Source of the DNA: a candidate division FCPU426 bacterium
Lineage (GTDB): Bacteria; Oederibacteriota; Muellerivitia; Muellerivitales; Muellerivitaceae
Direction: 5' to 3'
DNA length: 64,000 nucleotides
NCBI GenBank assembly: GCA_963738405.1
Contig: CAVTWJ010000001.1
Coordinates: 160,001 to 224,000 of the forward strand
Positions 19,853 through 29,240 of the stretch are shown in pieces; position 1 is the first letter of the stretch, and every line of letters starts with the position of its first letter. A program made the position numbers and the translations under genes. The notes beneath the pieces are model-generated. The model saw only the letters and a list, made by a program, of their open reading frames with translations. It did no database searches and was not told the DNA's origin.

Positions 19853-20758
19853 ATGCAGGATCAAGCGGAAAAGCTACGGCAATTAGTTGGAAAAATTAAT
19901 TCTCAGGAACTAACTGATTCTGTTTCTGATGTTAAGAAAGCGTGTCGAGTTGTTGCCGTTACAAGCGGAAAAGGTGGTGTCGGTAAAACTAATATTTCCG
20001 TAAACTTTGGACTGGCTTTGGCAAAAAAAGGGCGAAAAGTGTTGCTAATGGATGCTGATATGGGATTGGCAAATGTGGATGTCATGATGGGAATCATTCC
20101 CGCCAATACACTTATGAATGTTTTGAATGGCGATAAACGGCTTTCGGAAATCATAATTGAAGGGCCGCTCGGATTGAGATTGGTCGCATCAGGATCTGGT
20201 GGTGTACAAGAACTGGCAGAGTTGAACGAGGTGCAAAGAAATCGATTTCTACAGGATTTGTTTGATCTTCAAAATCAAGAAGAAGTCATACTGATTGATA
20301 CTGGCGCGGGTTTGCATCGTAATGTTTTGGCATTTGTTTTAGCGTCGGAAGAAGTGATTGTAGTTACAACCCCTGAGCCCACCGCTTTAATGGACGCTTA
20401 TGGAATGATCAAAACAATATTTCGCGAAAAAAAAGATCCAATTATCTCAATTGTTGTGAACATGGCCTCTACTCCAGCCGAGGGGGATGAGGCTGGGCGG
20501 AAATTAGTAATTCTTTCTAAAAGGTTTTTGTCGTTAGAAATTAATTATTTAGGTTCTATTCCACGGGATATGGGAATGGTAAGAGCAGTCAAAGAACAAC
20601 ATCCTATTCTTTTATCTTCTCCAATGAGTCCGGCCGCCCTTAGTTTAAGCCGAATCGCCGAGGCTTATTTTTCTGGAAAAGTTCAATCAAACGCGGGAAA
20701 TCTTAGTCAGTTTTTTAAAAAGGTTACTTTGCTTTTTGGGAGACGCGTGCAGGACTGA
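19853..20758 (+). CDS. flhG: MinD-like ATPase FlhG/FleN
   Basis: MQDQAEKLR N-terminus, SGKGGVGKT, DADMGLAN, DTGAG, TPEPT. Confidence 0.96.
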   Translation: MQDQAEKLRQLVGKINSQELTDSVSDVKKACRVVAVTSGKGGVGKTNISVNFGLALAKKGRKVLLMDADMGLANVDVMMGIIPANTLMNVLNGDKRLSEIIIEGPLGLRLVASGSGGVQELAELNEVQRNRFLQDLFDLQNQEEVILIDTGAGLHRNVLAFVLASEEVIVVTTPEPTALMDAYGMIKTIFREKKDPIISIVVNMASTPAEGDEAGRKLVILSKRFLSLEINYLGSIPRDMGMVRAVKEQHPILLSSPMSPAALSLSRIAEAYFSGKVQSNAGNLSQFFKKVTLLFGRRVQD

Positions 20759-20898
20759 CCGTAAAAAAATACGAAGTTGGAGTTTTTAAAATTTTAAATT
20801 GTTATTTTTTAAGAACTTTAAGACTTTTTTTGCCTGTTTAAATGCTTTGATTTGTGAAAAGAGAAGATTTTAATAAAACGACTTATTAGGAGAAGCCG

Positions 20899-21309
20899 AT
20901 GGTAGATAACGCAAAGGGGAAAAAATATTATGAATTAACCCGAGAAAAGCCATACGGTCTTTTTCACATGATTCTTGTGGGAGGCACCGCATGCTCTGTA
21001 TTGGCATTTTTAATTGTATCTCTTGTTGGTGCTTACGAAGGCATGCCGATGGATTCTATTATATTGGCTTTTTTGACAGCTGTTTTACTCGGATTCTTAT
21101 TTGGAGGTTCCATAACATGGTTGGCTGTTCACTATCTGGGCCCCGTGATTGATAAAAATGAACCAAATAATGGAACAAATTCCGCTCAAGTATCTGTTAG
21201 TGAGGTTGAATCTTCAGAAGTCTCGCCTGAAATAACGGAACCTGTAGAGGAAAAGGGACAAACGATTGATTTTGTTTTTCCGGAGATTTCTCCCGACCAA
21301 CAAGGTTAA
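20899..21309 (+). CDS. Hypothetical two-TM protein with acidic tail
   Basis: AGGAG RBS; two hydrophobic helices then an E/S/P-rich tail; between flhG and fliA. Confidence 0.75.
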   Translation: MVDNAKGKKYYELTREKPYGLFHMILVGGTACSVLAFLIVSLVGAYEGMPMDSIILAFLTAVLLGFLFGGSITWLAVHYLGPVIDKNEPNNGTNSAQVSVSEVESSEVSPEITEPVEEKGQTIDFVFPEISPDQQG

Positions 21310-21320
21310 CGTGATTTCCG

Positions 21321-22160
21321 ATGACTAAAGAAGATGATTTAAGGAGGCGTTGGGAAAAATTTCTGAAAAATAAAAAGGACATAGTCAATAGAGATTTTTT
21401 AGCCCTACACTATCTTTTTCTTGTTGATGCTGAAAATAGACGACTTCTTGCCCGTTTGCCCGCTAGGATTTATTGGGAGAAGAAAGACGATTTAGCGTCT
21501 GCGGGGGCAATTGGACTTTTGAAAGCTTTAGATCTTTTTGTTCCTCCCGTGGACAAACAAGCTTCGCCGGGAAGGGCCTTTGAGGCATATGCAAGGTATA
21601 GAATTCGCGGTCAAATGGTGGATGAATTACGGGGAATGGATTTTGCGCGGCGAAATCTACGAAAACAAGCTCGAATGATTCAGGAGGCTGAACGTAAAAT
21701 TGAATCAAAGCTTCAAAGGATTCCTAGAGCGGAGGAGACGGCAAAAGCTTTGGGGGTGAGTTTAGAAGAATTTTATGATTGGGTAGCTGAAATAAATATG
21801 TTGAATCTTTTATCCCTAGATGCGGAGAGGATCAAACCGGGGGATGGAAGTACCTGGGCAGAATCCTTAGTTGATGACAAGGCGGAGAATCCGCTTGATA
21901 AAGTCGAGATTAAGGAGAAAATTGAACAGATCAAAGAAGCCTTAAAAGATTTGGGTGATTCCGAGCGAAATGTTCTACAGCTTTATTATATGGAAACATT
22001 AACTTTTAAGGAAATAGGGAGAGTTCTCCACATCAGCGAATCTAGGGTTTGTCAAATACATCACATGGCGATTTTTCGTTTGCAAGAATTTGTCGAAGGA
22101 GGGACATATGGTCGGCTCAAAGGATCAGAACGGCTACACGACTATCACTACCGAAAATGA
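21321..22160 (+). CDS. fliA: Sigma-28 family RNA polymerase sigma factor FliA/WhiG
   Basis: DDLASAGAIGL, YARYRIRGQMVDELR, LTFKEIGRVLHISESRVCQIH. Confidence 0.93.
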   Translation: MTKEDDLRRRWEKFLKNKKDIVNRDFLALHYLFLVDAENRRLLARLPARIYWEKKDDLASAGAIGLLKALDLFVPPVDKQASPGRAFEAYARYRIRGQMVDELRGMDFARRNLRKQARMIQEAERKIESKLQRIPRAEETAKALGVSLEEFYDWVAEINMLNLLSLDAERIKPGDGSTWAESLVDDKAENPLDKVEIKEKIEQIKEALKDLGDSERNVLQLYYMETLTFKEIGRVLHISESRVCQIHHMAIFRLQEFVEGGTYGRLKGSERLHDYHYRK

Positions 22161-23802
22161 TGGAGTTTATTTGACTGTTTTCCCTCCCTCGGGAAAAGGC
22201 ATAAAAGTCACGCTAGAAGATGTGAAAAAGGAGCTTTTTAAATATAAAGCTAATCCTGATAATCCGGTCATTTTGACACAGATCGTTGCACAGTCTACCG
22301 GGACTCCCCAAAAAATAATAAGTAAAAAGGCACCTTCCACACCGGGTCAGGATCAGGTTTTTGTAGAAATAAGTGACGATGAAATGTCGGCCAAATTGAC
22401 AATCGTCCCACCACAATCAGATACGGGACATTTCTCAACCATTGACGATGTTCGAGAATCTCTCAAGAGAAGAACTGTAGTTTATGGTATCGACGAAAAT
22501 CGAATGGCTGAAATTTCGGAAAAATTATCCCAAATGGCTTTGTCTAAAAACATATCCGAACCGATTGAAATGGAAGTGGCCTTTGGAACGGCTGTAACAA
22601 ATGGAGAAGACGCACGGGTTGAATATCTATATAAAGCGAAGACGGAAGAGACGGATCAACCCATTGCGGTTCCGGAAGAGACTGAAGATGGAAGAGTGGA
22701 TTATCGGGCGGTCCATAAGATCGACAACATTCTTAAGGGTACTTTACTAGCTAGAAAAATCCCTCCTTCAAAAGGTGTTCCTGGGATGACCGTTACTGGC
22801 AAAGCTATCGAGGCCAAAGACGGTCAAGATATCGAAGTGTTGGCGGGAAAGGGAGTGGTGGTTTCTCCCAATAATAAAGATGAGTGGATTGCAGATAGTG
22901 ACGGTCAGGTTATTATAAAAGACAACAAGATATCGATCATGGCATTATATGAAATTCCTGGAGATGTGAATTTATCAACCGGAAATCTTGATTTTATTGG
23001 AACAATCATTGTTCGTGGGGATGTTAAGGATGGGTTTAAGGTTTTTGCAGGTGAAGACCTGATAGTGAACGGCGTGGTTGAAGGAGCCGAATTGAAATGC
23101 GGGGGAAAGTTGACCATCGCTGGTGGAGTAAGTGGAAACGATAAAGCGAAAATTGTTTGCCAAAGTGATGGGAATATAAAATATATCCGCAACGCAATTG
23201 TGGAAATTGGCGGAAATTTGTCCACGTCACAAGCGATCATGCACAGTAAGGTTACCGTTGGTGGGAAGGTGACTGTGGCGGGCAAAAAGGGTGTAATTGT
23301 CGGGGGGCAAGTTATTGCGGGCCTTGAGGTAAACGCCGCATCCATGGGATCGAATTTTGCGACTCCGACCGAGATCATAGTTGGTGAAGCTATCGGACTC
23401 CGGGACGAGATCCAAAAGACAGATACCGAACTAAAGGCTTCCGTTGAAAATCTTGATAAAACTAAAAAGGGGATTCAGTTTCTTAAGGAACTCCAAATAA
23501 AAATGGGGGGTAATCTCCCGCCTGATAAAAAAGAATTGTTGACCAAGCTCACTCGAGCTCAATTTAAACTTATGGCTGATACAAAGACTCTCGTTGAGAA
23601 AAAACAAGAACTTGAGAAAATCGACCAGGAAGGCGCTGTTGAAAGACATCGGATGGCAAAGGTGACTTGTATGGGAATCATTCATACTGGTGTTAAGATA
23701 ACAATTAATAAGGCTTCCAGGCAGGTTTCTGAAGAATTGAAGTACTGCACGCTAACCGAGTCGGATGGCGAAGTGAAGGTAGGCCCTTTCAGGGGTAATT
23801 AA
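22108..23802 (+). CDS. fapA: FapA (DUF342) flagellar assembly protein
   Basis: DGRVDYR, GDVNLSTGNLDFIG, Gly-rich beta-helix repeats, C-terminal coiled coil; AGGAGG before ATG 22108. Confidence 0.88.
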   Translation: MVGSKDQNGYTTITTENDGVYLTVFPPSGKGIKVTLEDVKKELFKYKANPDNPVILTQIVAQSTGTPQKIISKKAPSTPGQDQVFVEISDDEMSAKLTIVPPQSDTGHFSTIDDVRESLKRRTVVYGIDENRMAEISEKLSQMALSKNISEPIEMEVAFGTAVTNGEDARVEYLYKAKTEETDQPIAVPEETEDGRVDYRAVHKIDNILKGTLLARKIPPSKGVPGMTVTGKAIEAKDGQDIEVLAGKGVVVSPNNKDEWIADSDGQVIIKDNKISIMALYEIPGDVNLSTGNLDFIGTIIVRGDVKDGFKVFAGEDLIVNGVVEGAELKCGGKLTIAGGVSGNDKAKIVCQSDGNIKYIRNAIVEIGGNLSTSQAIMHSKVTVGGKVTVAGKKGVIVGGQVIAGLEVNAASMGSNFATPTEIIVGEAIGLRDEIQKTDTELKASVENLDKTKKGIQFLKELQIKMGGNLPPDKKELLTKLTRAQFKLMADTKTLVEKKQELEKIDQEGAVERHRMAKVTCMGIIHTGVKITINKASRQVSEELKYCTLTESDGEVKVGPFRGN

Positions 23803-23834
23803 TAGTCAATTTGAGAATTACTTAATGGTGAACT

Positions 23835-24455
23835 GTGAACGTTTTAAATGTACTTCAAATTCTTTTTGATGCGGTTTTCCTTTTTGGAATTTTATTTTTA
23901 TTTAACTTTTCAATCAGTCAAACTCGAAAAAGGAATGACGATTTGGATTTGTTAAAAACGGCTCACAATCAAGAAACTAAAGAGCAATTACAAGAATTAC
24001 TCCTTACCTTAAAACAGCTTGGAAATGAAGTGTCTGAAAACGTTCAGAAGGAAGTCCGCATAGCAGAAGAAAAAACTGATGAGATGCAGCGATTGATGCG
24101 GAAAGTACAACGTGAAATAGAAAGAACATCCCAATCGAGCCATATCCTTAAGGCTGAGAAAAACAGATTAGGCGAAAGAACTTATGCCGAAGTCCCGAAA
24201 TTAAACAAAAGCTCAACGTTTAAAAATAAAAGTCTGAAAAATAAAAAAGAAAACCTCGGCTCTCCGGGAGGGGAGCCCTCGAAAATTAATAAAACCAGTA
24301 TGCTTGGCCTTTCATCCAAAATAGTTCAGGAAGTTTATCGTTTAGCGGATGCAGAGAATGATTCGAAAATGATATGTGAGAAAACTCAGTTGAGTCTTGC
24401 TGAGATTCAACTGATTTTGAATTTAAGAGGGAATCGATTCACTACGCCGAATTAA
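23835..24455 (+). CDS. Membrane-anchored coiled-coil protein with C-terminal HTH-like segment (DUF2802/DUF6115-like)
   Basis: N-terminal TM, coiled coil, C-terminal EVYRLA...ICEKTQLSLAEIQLILNL. Confidence 0.65.
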   Translation: MNVLNVLQILFDAVFLFGILFLFNFSISQTRKRNDDLDLLKTAHNQETKEQLQELLLTLKQLGNEVSENVQKEVRIAEEKTDEMQRLMRKVQREIERTSQSSHILKAEKNRLGERTYAEVPKLNKSSTFKNKSLKNKKENLGSPGGEPSKINKTSMLGLSSKIVQEVYRLADAENDSKMICEKTQLSLAEIQLILNLRGNRFTTPN

Positions 24456-24480
24456 ACGGTTGATTTCTGGGATTTGAAAA

Positions 24481-25125
24481 ATGGATAAAATTATTCCCTC
24501 AAATCCTAAATTAGTGCCTCCTGTTTCGGGTTTAATGAACAATAGGTCTAAAGGGTTTGACGAGGGAGAAACGGCCTTAATTGAGAAAGTGTTATCAAAA
24601 GGAGTTTATTTGGCAACGTTTCAAGGCGGAAACAGTGTCAAGGTGAAGGGGCCTGTAGGGTTAGACGTTGGGGTTCCTGTAAGGGTTTTTTGTTCGAATA
24701 AAGTGAATTCAGACTATGTGATTGGAAATGCTTTAGAAAATGCCTGGTTGTTAGAAAACGAAGCCGTATTAGCTCTAACAGCAGTTTTGCCTTTGGGGTT
24801 TGGAGGCAAAGGGGCGAAAGCAAAATTAGAAGTTTATACCCCTAAAGAAAAAAGGGGGATAAACAAAAATAAACTAATTTACTTTATTATTACACTCTCC
24901 ACGGAAGGTTTTGGGGATTTACAATGGATCATACATTTATGGAGAAGAATTGCGGAGGTCCAACTTTACGGAGGGGTGGTTAAAAAAGAAGGTGAAATCC
25001 AGAAAATTATTGAAGATGTTGAGAAGTGTATTTTGAGAGCAGGTTTTACTTTGTCGGGTCCTATCATCAGAATTAAAGAACCTTTTCAGATTCCGCAAGG
25101 TTTGCGGCTTGATTGGAGGGGTTAA
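24481..25125 (+). CDS. Hypothetical protein, possibly with a FliK C-terminal-like domain (YlqG-like)
   Basis: ITLSTEGFGDLQW beta segment; overlaps the following FlhB-C-like gene. Confidence 0.5.
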   Translation: MDKIIPSNPKLVPPVSGLMNNRSKGFDEGETALIEKVLSKGVYLATFQGGNSVKVKGPVGLDVGVPVRVFCSNKVNSDYVIGNALENAWLLENEAVLALTAVLPLGFGGKGAKAKLEVYTPKEKRGINKNKLIYFIITLSTEGFGDLQWIIHLWRRIAEVQLYGGVVKKEGEIQKIIEDVEKCILRAGFTLSGPIIRIKEPFQIPQGLRLDWRG

Positions 25126-25427
25126 TTTTGAGCCCGGCATCTAGGAAACGAAATACTCGCAAAGCCGCTGTGGCTCTGAAATATGACCGCGAATCAATGC
25201 CCGCCCCGAGGGTTGTGGCCAAAGGAAGAGGGCTCGTTGCTGACCGCTTAATCGATTTGGCAAGGAAAAATGGTATTCCGATTGTTGAAGACAAATTGTT
25301 AGTTGATGTGTTGGATTCTTTAAACGTAAATCAGGATATTCCTGGGGAACTTTATCAGGTTATTGCTGAGATTTTGGTGGCTGTTTACCGCGCTGAATCC
25401 GCCAAAAAAGACAAGCCGAAAGTATGA
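25113..25427 (+). CDS. Stand-alone FlhB C-terminal domain protein (FlhX/YlqH-like)
   Basis: AVALKYD...APRVVAKGRGLVADRLI...IPIVED...IPGELYQVIAEIL; start uncertain. Confidence 0.9.
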   Translation: MEGLILSPASRKRNTRKAAVALKYDRESMPAPRVVAKGRGLVADRLIDLARKNGIPIVEDKLLVDVLDSLNVNQDIPGELYQVIAEILVAVYRAESAKKDKPKV

Positions 25428-25535
25428 ATATAATGCTTTTAAGAGAATGTTGCTTTCGGGTAAATTATTTTGGTTTGAGTTTTATTCGCGCCTGTTAAAT
25501 TAGTGGTGGCGGGAAGGGCAAAGAAAGTGGAGCCA

Positions 25536-27662
25536 ATGACAAAGGAAAATACCAAGTGGCGTAGCAAGTTTCTTACGTCTTATTTACTTAGGGTTGGTTT
25601 CGCTTTCGCGCTTTACATTTTATTTATCAGCGTGGTTTCTGCGCAAAACAACGAATTGATTTTTGCCCGCCCTGATAGTTTAGGGGTTGGCCCTCGAGCC
25701 ATGGGGATGGGAGGCGCTTTTGCGGCTATCGCTGATGATGCCTCCGCTGCTTATTGGAATGTTGCGGGATTATCCCAGCTATCTTCATATGAGCTCTCTC
25801 TCTCGAGCGCTCCGGTTTATTTTACTGAAAATTTAAATGGGAATCTGGCTTTTGGGTTTCCTTATTACGCTTCAATACAGTTCATTTTGCCCATTGCAAA
25901 AGAAAATACTCTAGGCATTTCTCTTTTTCGTCCCTTTCATCCTCAAATAGATTTTTTTGCGGGAAATACGACTTTAAGCTCTATTCAAAGGGGCGAGGCG
26001 AGTTATCTTTTAAATCCGAGTTTTCAGGAAAGTGAAATAGTTTTGTCTTATGCGGCCCGATTTTCTGCGATTCAGAACTTTTCTGTTGGAATCAATGTTA
26101 AGCGCGTGACTAACGACCAGTATTACATCCGTTATTTTGGAGGGGACGCTCCAACATCAATTGCTTTGGCCGATCCGACGCAGGTAGTTGGTTATGGTGT
26201 TGATATTGGGTTGCTTTTTAGAATCCCTGTATCAAAATACACGGAAGAATTCCGTTTGGGGGTTGCGTTAAATAACCTTGTGGGTCGGGTTCAATACACG
26301 AACGGCCTACAGTTTTCTGATGGAGCGGCACATGTTTCGTTTAGCGTTGGCCCCGGGTATGAAACTTCTCTTCCTCCGGAAATCATTCTTGGCGTAGCCT
26401 ATAAAAATAATTATCTCTTCAAAATCCGTAATATAACTGATTTGGATTTTGATCAGATTTCCGATCCTCGGTTCGATGATTCTTCGCTTGCTTTGGCAAA
26501 CAAATTCTTGCGTTTTGGGACGGAATTTTGGTTTTTCAAAGATGTTTTGGGCTTGCGGGCCGGTTATTCTACTCCTTTTATTAGTCCAGGTACGATCTCA
26601 TTGGGCCTGAGCGTTCGCGTTCTTAATGGGGATTTTCAATCTGATTTAGCTTATTTAATGCCAGTTGGCCCCGAGGCCGATATTCAAGCCGGGTCATCAC
26701 TCCAAACGATCGATCAAGGTGGAATAAATTATGAGCCGTTCCATATAGCCTTAGCATATAGGTTTGGGGGAGGTGAAGAATTACCGCCGCCCAAGGTTGA
26801 CGCTTATGTTCAACCGCCTTCATTTACTCCGTCGCAAGGGGAATCAACAACTTTCTATTTAGATACCACGGAAGATGTTCCGGTCCAACGCTGGAGTGTA
26901 TTGATTTATGATCAAAATAATCATCTGGTGAGAAGGTTGCAAGGACAGGGAACCCCTCCAACGAAAATAGTCTGGGGTGGCGAAGATGATTTATATCGCC
27001 CTTTGCCTGGGGGCGTTTATTCTTGGGCTTTTCAAGTGGAAGACCAACTTGACCACATTGGGTCAACGCCCGTTATGACAGTTGAATTAATTACCCCTCC
27101 GGCGCCTTTGGCGAAGGATGCATCAAAACTAATGGCCATTCGACAGCAAGAAGCGGCCCTTTTGACTCAGGAAAGGGCAAATCTCACTTCTTTGGCGCAG
27201 CAAACATTAAAGGCGCTTTTGGGCGAGAGTAATTCAAACACTTCATTGGCGGCATCCATGCCCACGCCGGTAGATAGTGCGGGTAATACCCAGTACCCGG
27301 AAACAGGGGGCGTCCCATCAATCGGATTCCCAACTCTCACTCCTGATCAGCCCTTAAACGCACATTTTGACAAGAATCCAAATGGAGATGAGATTATTGC
27401 AGTAAGTTATAAATCGCAACAAAGTTATGTCCCCTATTTATACCAAGAAGCGGCGGACGTTATTAAAACAACCGTCAATTCAGTAGGAACGGGTTTAAAA
27501 GAGATTTCGACTCGTGTATATTATGGAAAAAATGAATTGGATCTGGTGACGGCTACCCAAGCTGCCGCCAATTATGCTTCTGGTAAGATTAGTCAATTGC
27601 AACTTATGCAATTGTCAGACATCCATATCAATGGTGTGAAGGTGGGGCCGAATGGTTATTAG
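25536..27662 (+). CDS. PorV/FadL-like outer-membrane beta-barrel fused to a FlgD-Ig-like domain and a further C-terminal region
   Basis: Signal peptide; GVGPRAMGMGGAFAAIADDASAAYWNVAGL; amphipathic strands ending AYRFG; then IYDQNNHLVRRL...WGGED...LPGGVY. Confidence 0.8.
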   Translation: MTKENTKWRSKFLTSYLLRVGFAFALYILFISVVSAQNNELIFARPDSLGVGPRAMGMGGAFAAIADDASAAYWNVAGLSQLSSYELSLSSAPVYFTENLNGNLAFGFPYYASIQFILPIAKENTLGISLFRPFHPQIDFFAGNTTLSSIQRGEASYLLNPSFQESEIVLSYAARFSAIQNFSVGINVKRVTNDQYYIRYFGGDAPTSIALADPTQVVGYGVDIGLLFRIPVSKYTEEFRLGVALNNLVGRVQYTNGLQFSDGAAHVSFSVGPGYETSLPPEIILGVAYKNNYLFKIRNITDLDFDQISDPRFDDSSLALANKFLRFGTEFWFFKDVLGLRAGYSTPFISPGTISLGLSVRVLNGDFQSDLAYLMPVGPEADIQAGSSLQTIDQGGINYEPFHIALAYRFGGGEELPPPKVDAYVQPPSFTPSQGESTTFYLDTTEDVPVQRWSVLIYDQNNHLVRRLQGQGTPPTKIVWGGEDDLYRPLPGGVYSWAFQVEDQLDHIGSTPVMTVELITPPAPLAKDASKLMAIRQQEAALLTQERANLTSLAQQTLKALLGESNSNTSLAASMPTPVDSAGNTQYPETGGVPSIGFPTLTPDQPLNAHFDKNPNGDEIIAVSYKSQQSYVPYLYQEAADVIKTTVNSVGTGLKEISTRVYYGKNELDLVTATQAAANYASGKISQLQLMQLSDIHINGVKVGPNGY

Positions 27663-29220
27663 GTTTGCAACCTTATCGATTCTTATTGGGATATCCATTT
27701 TAGGGCGACCTGTCCAAGCGGCGTTTGATAAGGGGGGGGTGACAGGAGATGGGGCTCGACCGCTAGGTATGGGTGGTGCTTTTGCTAGTGTTGCGGATTC
27801 TTCCGATGCGGTTTTTTACAACCCTGCTGGTTTAGTCCAAGTATTGCGGCCAGAGATTACCGGAATGGGAGCTGTTCTTTTGAACGGTAAGGAAGATCTT
27901 TTTGATCTGACTTATGTTCAACCTTTTGCGGATCAAATGGCTTGGGCCTTATCCACTCAACAGCTTTTGTTTTCGGATGGCACAGAAAATGATCGAATTT
28001 ATATTGGATCTTTTGCGGCTCCTCTTGCAGTAGATAAATCGATTTCATTTGGTATCAGCGCCAAACTTTATGGGGTGGATTCGCCCACGCAACCGGGGTT
28101 TCAAGCCAGTGGATTTGGTTTGGATATGGGTTTTCTATATCATCTTCCCATTTATGACCCCCGATACGGAAAACAAATTAACATAGGGCTTTGCGCTCAA
28201 GATTTGGACACCTCCATCCAATGGCAAGCTGGAAACACTGATCCGGTGGCCTTGGCTGTTAAGGGGGGAGTCAGCTATGAATTTACAGATGATTTGGTTA
28301 CGGCCTGGGAATTCGAAACTATCAATGATCCCAATGTTGGCCAGCATACCCTTCTTCATGCCGGAATCGAAGGTTGGTTTTTTTCTGATCAATTAGGTTT
28401 GCGGACCGGTTATTCCGATTTCATGACATTGCCGGGCCAATTTACGGCTGGCATCAGTTACCGTTCTCATACATGGGGAATCGATTATGCTTACATTGGT
28501 CATGCGCAATATTTAGGTTCTTCCCACCGTATTTCAGCTAGTTGGCGATTTGGGGATTCGTTTTTGGGAAAGGTGAAAAGTTTTATACCCGAGGGAGTTA
28601 CTTCTTATGTCGATGGTGACATTATCACCCTTCGTTGGATCAATTCACCTTCCATTTCTCTAGCGGGTTACAATGTTTATTTTTCCAAAACCACCGGTAG
28701 TGGGTATATAAAGATAAATCAAAAGCCAATAAAAGCAAATTACTATTCCTTGCGAGGATTGGAAAAAAATACCCATTACTACTTTGTTGTAACTTCTATG
28801 ACAAATACCGTTCCCCCTGTTGAAAGCCAATACTCCCGAGAGGTTATTGCCGGAACAACATCTGCTCCTGGAGCTCCCATAGTGGTTCAAAGCGAGTTGC
28901 AAAATGAAGGGGTTATTGATATTGCACGACAAGCCGGAATGGCAGGGTTCCCAGATCCTAGTAAAAATGGTTTAAAAGGTTATAATATCTACGTTTCAGA
29001 GGTGTCTGGTGGACGTTTTGATAAGGTGAATGCCCAGCCGATAGCGAATGTGCCTACATATCTTGTCCGGAAATTGAAAGTTGGACAACGATATTTCTTT
29101 TCTTTCACATCTGTTGGGTCAGATGGAACAGAAAGTGCTAGATCTCGAGAGGTTTCTGTTGTTGCGTTGCCTTATAGTACCGTTATTCAACCAACTTCAA
29201 CGACCTCGACGTCTCATTAA
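27652..29220 (+). CDS. PorV/FadL-like outer-membrane beta-barrel with two C-terminal fibronectin type III domains
   Basis: Signal peptide; GARPLGMGGAFASVADSSDAVFYNPAGL; barrel ends HRISASWRFG; two GYN(V/I)Y...L...Y(Y/F)F.(V/F)TS...ES..S repeats. Confidence 0.82.
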   Translation: MVIRFATLSILIGISILGRPVQAAFDKGGVTGDGARPLGMGGAFASVADSSDAVFYNPAGLVQVLRPEITGMGAVLLNGKEDLFDLTYVQPFADQMAWALSTQQLLFSDGTENDRIYIGSFAAPLAVDKSISFGISAKLYGVDSPTQPGFQASGFGLDMGFLYHLPIYDPRYGKQINIGLCAQDLDTSIQWQAGNTDPVALAVKGGVSYEFTDDLVTAWEFETINDPNVGQHTLLHAGIEGWFFSDQLGLRTGYSDFMTLPGQFTAGISYRSHTWGIDYAYIGHAQYLGSSHRISASWRFGDSFLGKVKSFIPEGVTSYVDGDIITLRWINSPSISLAGYNVYFSKTTGSGYIKINQKPIKANYYSLRGLEKNTHYYFVVTSMTNTVPPVESQYSREVIAGTTSAPGAPIVVQSELQNEGVIDIARQAGMAGFPDPSKNGLKGYNIYVSEVSGGRFDKVNAQPIANVPTYLVRKLKVGQRYFFSFTSVGSDGTESARSREVSVVALPYSTVIQPTSTTSTSH

Positions 29221-29240
29221 ACTGATATTGGAGTAATTCA

